DNA from: Defluviitaleaceae bacterium
GTDB lineage: Bacteria; Bacillota; Clostridia; Lachnospirales; UBA5962
DNA: 21,991 nucleotides
Direction of reading: 5' to 3'
Assembly (NCBI GenBank): GCA_009787355.1
Contig: WRGD01000122.1
Coordinates: 1 to 21,991, forward strand
Positions 6,990 to 14,659 of the stretch are shown piece by piece. Made by a program: the position numbers and the translations under genes. The notes under the pieces were generated by a model. It was not told the DNA's origin. It ran no database searches and saw only the letters and a program-made list of their open reading frames with translations. The stretch's first letter is position 1; each line of letters opens with the position of its first letter.

Positions 6990-7436
6990 TTGCTATACAT
7001 TATTACAATAGCTGTCCTTGTAGGGCTTGACCAAATTTTCAAAAGGCTCGCTTACATAAACCTAAGACCTATGGGTAGTATACCTATTACAAATTTTTTT
7101 AGCCTAACATATTTAGAAAATAGAGGAGCTGCATTTAGTATATTGTATGGTGCAAGATGGTTTTTTGTTGCTATTACTATACCTATTCTTATTGGTTTTT
7201 ATCTTTATTTTAGAAAACTAAAAAACACAAAACAACATAGTTACGTAAAAATTTCTATTGTAATTTTATCTGCTGGGGCTATTGGCAATTTTATAGATAG
7301 GCTTCTTTTTGGTTTTGTTATAGATTATTTGCATATTACGGCTATAAATTTCCCTGTATTCAATTTTGCAGATATACTAATTGTAACAGGAGCTATACTT
7401 TTCGGAATAGTTACTACTTTTTTTGTAAAGGAATAA
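6990..7436 (+). CDS. lspA: lipoprotein signal peptidase II (LspA)
   Basis: Four-TM profile, conserved NRGAAF and FNFADILIVTGAILF motifs. TTG start at 6990 with SD AGGAGAG 7 nt upstream. Confidence 0.9.
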   Translation: MLYIITIAVLVGLDQIFKRLAYINLRPMGSIPITNFFSLTYLENRGAAFSILYGARWFFVAITIPILIGFYLYFRKLKNTKQHSYVKISIVILSAGAIGNFIDRLLFGFVIDYLHITAINFPVFNFADILIVTGAILFGIVTTFFVKE

Positions 7437-7437
7437 T

Positions 7438-8376
7438 ATGGAGTATATCGTTACAAAAGAATTTGAAAATACTAGGATAGATACATATCTTAGTCAAAAT
7501 ACAGATTTCTCTAGAAATTTTATACAAACTTTAATAAAAAATAATCAAATTTTTGTAAATGGAAAAAGTATAAAAACTAGTACAAAACTAAATGCAGGAA
7601 ATGTTATAAAAATTGATTATAAAGAAACTGATATAAATATAGAAAAAGAAAATATTGAGTTAAATATAATATATGAAGACAACGACATAATAGTAGTAAA
7701 CAAGCAAAAAGGATTAGTCGTACACCCAGCACCAGGCAACTATACTGGTACACTTGTAAATGCTCTAATGTATCATTGCGGTAATTTATCAAAAATAAAT
7801 GGAGTTTTAAGACCGGGTATAGTACACAGGATAGATAAAGATACAACCGGTATTATTGTTGTATGTAAAAATGACATAGCTCACAATTTTCTTGCAAATC
7901 AATTTGCAGAACATAGTATTATACGTAGTTATGAAGCAATAGTTTTTGGCAACATAAAACAAGATAATTTAAAAATAAGTGAGCCAATAGGTAGAAGCAC
8001 AAAAGATAGAAAAAAAATGGCTGTTGTATATAAAAATTCAAAAAAAGCTATTACAAATATAAATGTATTGGAGAGATTTTTTTACAAAGGAAATTCCTAT
8101 ACATATATAAATGCAAGACTTGAAACAGGTCGTACTCATCAAATACGTGTTCATATGTCCCACATAGGGCATCCGCTTTTAGGAGATATAATATACGGAT
8201 ACAAAAAACAACCATTTAATACACAGGGGCAAGTTTTGCACGCTGGAGAACTTGGTTTTCTTCATCCATCTTTTTATTACAAAAAAGATACAGAATATAC
8301 AAAAAAAGATTATGTAAATTTTCATTCACCACTACCACAATATTTTGAAGAAATTCTAAATACATTGCGTAAATAA
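7438..8376 (+). CDS. rluD: RluA-family 23S rRNA pseudouridine synthase (RluD-like) with N-terminal S4 domain
   Basis: Catalytic motif HRIDKDTTGIIVV (HRLDxxTSG). N-terminal S4-like region. The lspA-rluD adjacency matches B. subtilis. Confidence 0.85.
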   Translation: MEYIVTKEFENTRIDTYLSQNTDFSRNFIQTLIKNNQIFVNGKSIKTSTKLNAGNVIKIDYKETDINIEKENIELNIIYEDNDIIVVNKQKGLVVHPAPGNYTGTLVNALMYHCGNLSKINGVLRPGIVHRIDKDTTGIIVVCKNDIAHNFLANQFAEHSIIRSYEAIVFGNIKQDNLKISEPIGRSTKDRKKMAVVYKNSKKAITNINVLERFFYKGNSYTYINARLETGRTHQIRVHMSHIGHPLLGDIIYGYKKQPFNTQGQVLHAGELGFLHPSFYYKKDTEYTKKDYVNFHSPLPQYFEEILNTLRK

Positions 8377-8398
8377 AAAAATTAAAAAGGAGAGAAAT

Positions 8399-9229
8399 AT
8401 GTTATTAAAAGGTTCAACTCTTGCAAAAAATATAAAAGATACAGCTAAAGCTAAAGTAGAAAGTTTGGAAAAAAAACCAGTAGTAGCAGTAATACAAGTT
8501 GGAGATGATGAATCTGCAAAAGTATATACAAAAAGTATGAAAAAGCTAACAGATTATGTTGGAATGAAACTTTTAGACTACCCATTGAAAGAAGATATAC
8601 CAAAAGAAGAATTATTAGATTTAATAGACGCTTTAAACAAAAACGATGAAATAACCGGTATATTTTTACATATGCCATTGCCATCTAATTTCAACAAAAA
8701 TGAGATTATTTCTAAAATAGACCCAATAAAAGACATAGATTGCATTACTCCTCATAATATAGGACTTTTATCTATAGATAGTGGCGTTGTTTTTCCTTGT
8801 ACTCCGTATTCCTGTGTTGAAATTTTAAAATATAACAATATAGAAATTGCAGGTAAAGAATGTGTAATACTTGGTAGAAGTATTATAGTAGGTAAACCAT
8901 TAGCTACTATGTTACTTAAAGAAAATGCAACTGTAACAATTTGTCATTCTAAAACAAAAGATTTGAAAGAAGTAACAAAAAGAGCAGATATTTTACTATG
9001 TGCAATAGGAAAAGCAAATTTTGTAACAGAAGATATGGTTAAAGATGGGGCTGTTGTTGTAGATGTAGGAATAAACGTTTTGGAAGATGGTAGTCTTGCT
9101 GGAGATGTGGATAATACAGTAGAAAAAATAGCATCTTGTATGACACCTGTACCGGGCGGGGTTGGTCCTGTTACAGTTGCAATAATGGTGAAGAACATTT
9201 TAAGTTTGTACGACTTGCAAAATTCTTAA
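8399..9229 (+). CDS. folD: bifunctional 5,10-methylene-tetrahydrofolate dehydrogenase/cyclohydrolase FolD
   Basis: AVIQVGDDESAKVY, ILGRSIIVGKPLA and PVPGGVGPVTVAIM motifs. SD AAAGGAGAG upstream. Confidence 0.9.
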   Translation: MLLKGSTLAKNIKDTAKAKVESLEKKPVVAVIQVGDDESAKVYTKSMKKLTDYVGMKLLDYPLKEDIPKEELLDLIDALNKNDEITGIFLHMPLPSNFNKNEIISKIDPIKDIDCITPHNIGLLSIDSGVVFPCTPYSCVEILKYNNIEIAGKECVILGRSIIVGKPLATMLLKENATVTICHSKTKDLKEVTKRADILLCAIGKANFVTEDMVKDGAVVVDVGINVLEDGSLAGDVDNTVEKIASCMTPVPGGVGPVTVAIMVKNILSLYDLQNS

Positions 9230-9244
9230 AAACTATATAAAAAT

Positions 9245-9280
9245 ACAACTCAAAAGAGTTCTTTGGAGTTGTATTTTTTT
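9245..9280 (+). terminator. rho-independent terminator of folD
   Basis: Stem ACAACTC...GAGTTGT with an internal palindromic loop, followed by ATTTTTTT. Confidence 0.6.
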
Positions 9281-9423
9281 AATTATAAAATCTATTTAAT
9301 GTTATTATTTTCTTGAATGGGGTATAAGATTATTACAGAATATATATCTTATAAGGGGTATAATTAACAACGAAATTATCAAAATTTTATTATATTTAAA
9401 TGCAAATAATGTTAATAAAACAA

Positions 9424-9452
9424 TTCCAAAAAATCTATAATCATGGTATAAT
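9424..9452 (+). promoter_or_regulatory. putative pepF promoter TTCCAA-17-TGgTATAAT (extended -10)
   Basis: -35-like TTCCAA at 9424-9429, 17-nt spacer, TGgTATAAT at 9444-9452, ~30 nt upstream of the RBS-supported ATG at 9484. Confidence 0.35.
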
Positions 9453-9483
9453 AATTTCAATAAAAAATAATAAAGGGGTAGTA

Positions 9484-11274
9484 ATGTTAAGAAGTGAAAT
9501 AAAAGATGAATACAAATGGGATTTATCAAGTCTTTATAAGAATGATTCGGATTGGGAAGAAAAATATAATTCTTTTTTTGAAAAAGTAGACGAACTTTCA
9601 AAATTTGAAAACACTTTAGGCAAAAGTAGTGATAATTTATTACAATTTTTTAATAAATTCTTTTTTATCTCTGAAGAAATAGGGAAGATATTAGTATATT
9701 CTGGCTTAAAACATGATGAAGATACAACAAATAGCTTTTATACATCTATGAACGGTAAATCAGATACATTATATGTAAAGTTTAATACAGCCACCAGCTT
9801 TTTAACTCCAGAGCTTATCTCTATTGGAAAAGAAAAAATATATAAATTTATAGGAGAAAAACAAGAATTAGAAATTTACAAGCATTTTTTTGATAATCTT
9901 TTTAGAGGAGAGCATCATATTCTTTCAAAAGAAAAAGAAGAAGTAATAGCAATGACTGGTGAAATACTATATACTCCACAAAAAATATTCTCCATGATAA
10001 ACAATGCAGATTTAAAATTCGAAAAAGTCAAAGATAGCAATGGGAAAGAAGTAGAAGTAACACATGGCACATTTATTAATCTTCTTCATTCTACAGATAG
10101 AGTCTTGAGAGAAAATGTTTATAAATCTTATTATAGGCCTTATATAAATTTGAAAAATTCTATTGCAGAATCTTATTATGGGTCTGTTAAGTCTGATATT
10201 TTTATGTCTAGTGTTAAAAAATATCCATCTTCACTAGAATCAGCACTTTTTGATAACAATATTTCTGTAGATATTTACAAAAACCTTATTAAAACTGTAA
10301 AAGACAATTTACACTTATTCCAAAAGCATTTAAGACTGAGAAAAAAATTTCTTAAACAAGATAAATTAAATATGTACGATATATTTACCCCACTTGTTAA
10401 AGAAGTTGATTCCAAAGTTACGTATGAAGAAGCAAAAGAAACTATAATAAAAGCATTACAACCACTCGGTTCTGATTATGGTAGTATACTTAAAAAAGCA
10501 TTTAACGATAATTGGATAGATTTATATGAAAGCAAGGGAAAAAGGTCGGGTGCTTATAGCTGGGGTACTTATGGTTCTAATCCATATATTTTAATGAATT
10601 ATGCAAATAAAATGGATGATATGTTTACACTAGCTCACGAGATAGGTCATTCTATACACAGCTATTATACAAGAAAAACTCAACCACTTATATACGGCGA
10701 TTATACAGTATTTTTAGCAGAAATAGCATCTACATTAAACGAATCACTTTTAACACATTATTTATTAAAAAATACAAAAGATAAAAAAATGTACGCATAT
10801 CTTATAAATCATTTTATAGAAAATTTTAGAGCTACACTTTTTAGACAAACAATGTTTGCAGAGTTTGAAATGATAACACATGAAAAAGCGGAATCAAACG
10901 AACCACTTACAAGCGATATTTTAAATGAAATATACAAAAATCTTTTAGAAAAATATTTTGGAGATACTGTAGAAATAGATGAAATAATAATACATGAGTG
11001 GTCTCGTGTGCCTCATTTTTATGATTCTTTCTATGTATACCAGTATGCAACAGGTTTTTCTGCTGCTATGTCTATATCCAAAAGTATTTTGGAAGAAGGA
11101 GAACCAGCTGTAAAGCGTTATTTGAAACTTTTAAAAAGTGGTAGTAGTAATTATTCTATAGAACTTTTAAAAGAGGCAGGGATTGATATGACAAGTTCAA
11201 AACCTATAAAAGATGCTCTTTCTGTTTTTGAGGATTTAATTGATAAATTAGAGGAATCATTGGAAGTAATATAA
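9484..11274 (+). CDS. pepF: oligoendopeptidase F (M3B metallopeptidase)
   Basis: Zinc motif HEIGHSIHSYY (HExxH) and PepF-like N-terminus (KDEYKWDLSSLYKND). Start trimmed from the ORF-track start 9400 to the ATG at 9484, which has SD AAAGGGG 6 nt upstream. Confidence 0.85.
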   Translation: MLRSEIKDEYKWDLSSLYKNDSDWEEKYNSFFEKVDELSKFENTLGKSSDNLLQFFNKFFFISEEIGKILVYSGLKHDEDTTNSFYTSMNGKSDTLYVKFNTATSFLTPELISIGKEKIYKFIGEKQELEIYKHFFDNLFRGEHHILSKEKEEVIAMTGEILYTPQKIFSMINNADLKFEKVKDSNGKEVEVTHGTFINLLHSTDRVLRENVYKSYYRPYINLKNSIAESYYGSVKSDIFMSSVKKYPSSLESALFDNNISVDIYKNLIKTVKDNLHLFQKHLRLRKKFLKQDKLNMYDIFTPLVKEVDSKVTYEEAKETIIKALQPLGSDYGSILKKAFNDNWIDLYESKGKRSGAYSWGTYGSNPYILMNYANKMDDMFTLAHEIGHSIHSYYTRKTQPLIYGDYTVFLAEIASTLNESLLTHYLLKNTKDKKMYAYLINHFIENFRATLFRQTMFAEFEMITHEKAESNEPLTSDILNEIYKNLLEKYFGDTVEIDEIIIHEWSRVPHFYDSFYVYQYATGFSAAMSISKSILEEGEPAVKRYLKLLKSGSSNYSIELLKEAGIDMTSSKPIKDALSVFEDLIDKLEESLEVI

Positions 11275-11282
11275 AAAATTAA

Positions 11283-11321
11283 TTCGTAATACAAAATAAA
11301 TTAAGTATTTTGTATTACGAA
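11283..11321 (+). terminator. perfect 16-bp inverted repeat (TTCGTAATACAAAATA / TATTTTGTATTACGAA) with a 7-nt spacer, 9 nt after the pepF stop; probable terminator or protein-binding palindrome
   Basis: Read from the sequence. The stem is AT-rich and no T-tract follows, so intrinsic termination is uncertain. Confidence 0.4.
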
Positions 11322-11731
11322 CATTTGTAATTTAATTGTATGGGATATATAAAAGTATATCTTCATGAATATATTCTGTGTCAAGTTCAGCATTCGTATC
11401 AAGTATTAAAATATTTAAGTACATAAGATTTTCTCCGAGTAATTCTACAAATTATTTTATATTTCGTAAATATTTTATTCTCATATTTCCGTAAAAGATA
11501 CAAAAAATAAAAAAATATGTACTTGCAATTAAACAGGAGTGTAACCATAATATAACCTAAGAACTTGCACATTACAAATACCTATGTTATATTTTTATTT
11601 ATTGCGTTTTATAAAAATGTAAAAATTAAACAAATTAACTTTTGCAAAGCAAAAATTATTAAACTTAGATACATATTTCGTATTTATTTTTGCCTAGTAA
11701 AAACACTAAGTATAGAAAGAGTGTAAAAAAT

Positions 11732-12793
11732 ATGACCAAAATTAATGTTGCTGTTATTTTCGGAGGTCCGGGACCAGAACACGATGTTAGTAAATCTTCT
11801 GCTATTAATATTTTTGATAATTTAGATACTCTAAAATATAATATAATTCCCATATATATTTCAAAAGAAAATGAATGGTTTTTATATGATGGTAGTACAA
11901 GTAAAATTTCAAACAATATCGAAATTTATTGTGCAAGTGTTGTACCATCTAAACAATCTATTCTGCGAATTGTAGGAGATAAAGTAAAAACAATAAGTTT
12001 AGATGTAGCTTTTTCTATTGTTCATGGAAAACTTGGAGAAGACGGTACTATTCAAGGGGTTTTTGAAGCAATGGAAATACCGTATGTTGGTTGTTCTACT
12101 TTGTCTTCGGCTGTATGTATGGACAAAACTTATACAAAGCTGATTGCAAATAGTATAGGAATACCTACTACTGAACATATAATACTTAAAAAACATAAAA
12201 AAGACATAAAAGAAATTTTAAATGATGAAAAAATAAATGAAATAAAAGAAAAAATAGGATTTCCGTGTATTGTGAAACCGTCATCTTCAGGTTCTTCTGT
12301 TGGAACAGCTAAAGTTAAAAACAAAAAAGAACTTTTAATATCTGTATCTGAAGCATTTGAAATAGATAATAAAATAATGATAGAGAAATATATAAAGGCT
12401 AGAGAGTTAGAATGTGCAATACTTGGTAGTGGAGATAATATTATATGTACACTTCCTGGAGAAATTTTAACAACTGACACTATATATTCTTATGATGCAA
12501 AATATAATAATCCAAGTTCTAAAAATATAATACCTGCAAAAGTTTCAGAAGACATAGCAGAACTTGCTAAAGAATATTCCATGAAACTTTTTGAAGCTGT
12601 GGATGGCGATGGTATGTGTCGTGTAGATTTTTTTCTAGACACGAAAACAAATATTCTTATATTTAATGAAATAAATACAATACCCGGTTTTACAGATATA
12701 AGTATGTATCCAAAGTTGCTTGTACATGAGGGTATTACAAACAAGAATATACTAGACAAATTAATAGAAATGGCGATTTCAAAATATGAATAA
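11732..12793 (+). CDS. ddl: D-alanine--D-alanine ligase (ATP-grasp)
   Basis: N-terminal INVAVIFGGPGPEHDVS, HGKLGEDGTIQG, EIPYVGCS, and C-terminal EINTIPGFTDISMYPKL motifs. Start trimmed from 11690 to the ATG at 11732 (MTKINVAV...). Confidence 0.85.
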   Translation: MTKINVAVIFGGPGPEHDVSKSSAINIFDNLDTLKYNIIPIYISKENEWFLYDGSTSKISNNIEIYCASVVPSKQSILRIVGDKVKTISLDVAFSIVHGKLGEDGTIQGVFEAMEIPYVGCSTLSSAVCMDKTYTKLIANSIGIPTTEHIILKKHKKDIKEILNDEKINEIKEKIGFPCIVKPSSSGSSVGTAKVKNKKELLISVSEAFEIDNKIMIEKYIKARELECAILGSGDNIICTLPGEILTTDTIYSYDAKYNNPSSKNIIPAKVSEDIAELAKEYSMKLFEAVDGDGMCRVDFFLDTKTNILIFNEINTIPGFTDISMYPKLLVHEGITNKNILDKLIEMAISKYE

Positions 12794-13565
12794 TAAACCT
12801 ATAGGTATTTTTGATTCTGGTCTTGGTGGTCTTACTGTATATAAAGAGATAAAAAATATACTTCCAAATGAAAATATAATATATTTTGCAGATACGAAAA
12901 GAGCTCCATATGGAGGAAAATCAAAAGAAGAATTAAAGGTTTATTCTAAAGACATAATAGATTTTTTGTTAGAACAAGATGTAAAAATAGTAGTGATAGG
13001 TTGTAACACTATAAGTTCGAACTTATACAATTATTTAAAAAATGATTATAAGATACCCATTTTCGAGCTTATGGAATCTGCTATAGAAGAAAGTTTGAAA
13101 TTTTCCAAAAAAGGAATAGGGTATTTTGCGACATCTTCAAATATTAAAAGTGGAGTATTTGAAAAAGGTATAAAAAAAATTTCTAGTGTAGAAGTTTTTA
13201 AAAAAGCTTGTCCATTATTTGTACCATTGATAGAAGAGGGATTTACAGATTTTAAAATTGTAAAACCTGTAATAATTCATTATTTAAAAAATATTGAAGA
13301 TAATATCGATACACTTGTTATGGGTTGTACACATTATCCCTTTTTGGTCGATTCTATAGAAAAATTGGTACAGAATATAACAATTATAAATCCAGCTAAA
13401 AGTGCAGCTATAAAAATAAAAAATTTTATAGAAAATAGTGATATATTAAATACAGGTAAAAAAGAGAAAAATATTTTTTATACAACAGGCGATAATAGAA
13501 AATTTGAAATTTTGGCTAAAAAATTGATAGGTGAGGATTGTAATGTAAGTACGGTTGTATTGTAG
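12786..13565 (+). CDS. murI: glutamate racemase MurI
   Basis: IGIFDSGLGGLTV, VIGCNT and GCTHYPFL motifs. The 8-nt overlap with the ddl stop suggests translational coupling. Confidence 0.9.
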   Translation: MNNKPIGIFDSGLGGLTVYKEIKNILPNENIIYFADTKRAPYGGKSKEELKVYSKDIIDFLLEQDVKIVVIGCNTISSNLYNYLKNDYKIPIFELMESAIEESLKFSKKGIGYFATSSNIKSGVFEKGIKKISSVEVFKKACPLFVPLIEEGFTDFKIVKPVIIHYLKNIEDNIDTLVMGCTHYPFLVDSIEKLVQNITIINPAKSAAIKIKNFIENSDILNTGKKEKNIFYTTGDNRKFEILAKKLIGEDCNVSTVVL

Positions 13566-13620
13566 ATATATTCCTTAATAAAAATTAACAAAAATTCCTG
13601 CAATTTTTTTCAAGAAGTGC

Positions 13621-13649
13621 TTGACATAATGAATAAAATGCGATATACT
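13621..13649 (+). promoter_or_regulatory. consensus sigma-A promoter TTGACA-17-TATACT with no downstream CDS
   Basis: TTGACA at 13621-13626, exact 17-nt spacer, TATACT at 13644-13649. Confidence 0.6.
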
Positions 13650-13656
13650 TACGTTC

Positions 13657-13762
13657 GAATATTCTTAAATGAACATAAGAGAATTTCTGTAAATTTTAAT
13701 CATACTCCTTCCTCTCTATATAATATTAGAGTAAAAGCCACCTGTACAGGTGGCTTTTTTTG
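13657..13762 (+). ncRNA. candidate ~105-nt small RNA (or murI 3'UTR-derived sRNA) with a CU-rich anti-SD-like core (CTCCTTCCTCTCT, 13704-13716)
   Basis: A perfect promoter and a strong terminator bracket ~105 nt with no credible ORF. The 61-aa ORF called at 13617..13802 starts inside the -35 and reads through the terminator. Confidence 0.4.
13736..13762 (+). terminator. strong intrinsic terminator: 20-nt perfect palindrome AGCCACCTGTACAGGTGGCT plus TTTTTTT
   Basis: Read from the sequence at 13736-13762. GC-rich 8-bp stem, GTAC loop, 7-T tail. Confidence 0.75.
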
Positions 13763-13859
13763 GTCATATATCAAAACAAGTGAAATTCAAGAAAATTACT
13801 GAGTATTACGCTTACCTGTTTTTAATGGTTTTTTTAAAATACAAAAAATATTAATTAAC

Positions 13860-13899
13860 AAAAAAACACCTTGTAAATTTCTTTATAAGGTGTTTTTTT
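13860..13899. terminator. bidirectional hairpin (ACACCTT...AAGGTGT) with an A-run upstream and T-run downstream; terminator of the minus-strand BI-1/ftsH operon
   Basis: aaaaaaACACCTTgtaaatttctttatAAGGTGTtttttt lies 8 nt past the BI-1 stop. Confidence 0.6.
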
Positions 13900-13906
13900 G
13901 TTATTC

Positions 13907-14644
13907 TTAATTCCTGCTCCCTCTACTCAAAAATCTCAAAATAAACATAAATAAGTTTATAAAATTTAAATATAGACTAAGAGAAGAGTATATTGCTAAA
14001 TTTTCTGTTAAAGCTGTAGCTTCACCGTAACTATCTATACTACTTGTATACAAATGTTTTATTTTATTGGAATCGTATACTGTCATTCCTAAAAATATAA
14101 AAATACCAGATACAGTTATTATAAAATCTAGCATACTGTTCACGAGAAATATATTTACAACACTTGCAATAACAAGTCCTATTATAGCAGTTCTAAGTAT
14201 GTTTCCATGAGATGTTAAATCTTGTTTGGACAATATACCATAAACAGCCATAGCCCCAAAAGATAAAGATGTAATTAAAAATGCTATACCTATTGTTTGT
14301 AACTCATAAACTAAAGCAATAAATGTAAACAAAATACCCATACTTGCAGAATAAGTAAGATAAAGTATTTTTACTTTTATAGGTGCCATTTTGTGTAATC
14401 TGGATGACATAAAAAAAACTAAAATCATTTGAGCAATAGCAATTAGTAACATAAGATTCATAGATGTTTCTAAAAACGGTCCAAACACAGCAGGTGCAGT
14501 ATAAAGTCCTGTTATAAAAAATATTACTACTGCAGCTGTAGTTAAAAGACCCGCAAATGTCCAACCATACACTTTTGCAATATGCCTGTTTAAACCTGCT
14601 GAACTTACATAACTTAAATTTTCATAATTATTTCTAAAATTCAT
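13907..14644 (-). CDS. Bax-inhibitor-1 / YccA-family 7-TM membrane protein
   Basis: ~245 aa, 7 predicted TM helices. C-terminal BI-1 signature (AIYSSLSLYLNFINLFMFILRFL). SD AAGGAGGG 8 nt before the ATG. Starts 15 nt after the ftsH stop. Confidence 0.8.
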   Translation of the reverse strand: MNFRNNYENLSYVSSAGLNRHIAKVYGWTFAGLLTTAAVVIFFITGLYTAPAVFGPFLETSMNLMLLIAIAQMILVFFMSSRLHKMAPIKVKILYLTYSASMGILFTFIALVYELQTIGIAFLITSLSFGAMAVYGILSKQDLTSHGNILRTAIIGLVIASVVNIFLVNSMLDFIITVSGIFIFLGMTVYDSNKIKHLYTSSIDSYGEATALTENLAIYSSLSLYLNFINLFMFILRFLSRGSRN

Positions 14645-14659
14645 ATTTTAAACCCTCCT

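Noticed and set aside
9400-9483. Longer N-terminal extensions given by the ORF track for pepF (9400), ddl (11690), ftsH (16819), murA (18860) and the SPFH gene (21459)
   Set aside because: The upstream in-frame starts lack Shine-Dalgarno sequences. The downstream ATGs have well-spaced SDs and match conserved protein N-termini, so the shorter RBS-supported starts were used.
11732-12793. Possibility that the ligase is a VanA-type D-Ala-D-Lac ligase rather than housekeeping Ddl
   Set aside because: It is adjacent and translationally coupled to murI in a core-genome context, with no vanH/vanX/vanRS nearby. The omega-loop residues that discriminate the two types cannot be judged reliably by eye, so it is left as Ddl.
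13617-13802. 61-aa ORF in the murI-BI-1 gap
   Set aside because: It begins inside the -35 hexamer, has no SD and reads straight through a strong intrinsic terminator. The region is better explained as a noncoding sRNA unit.
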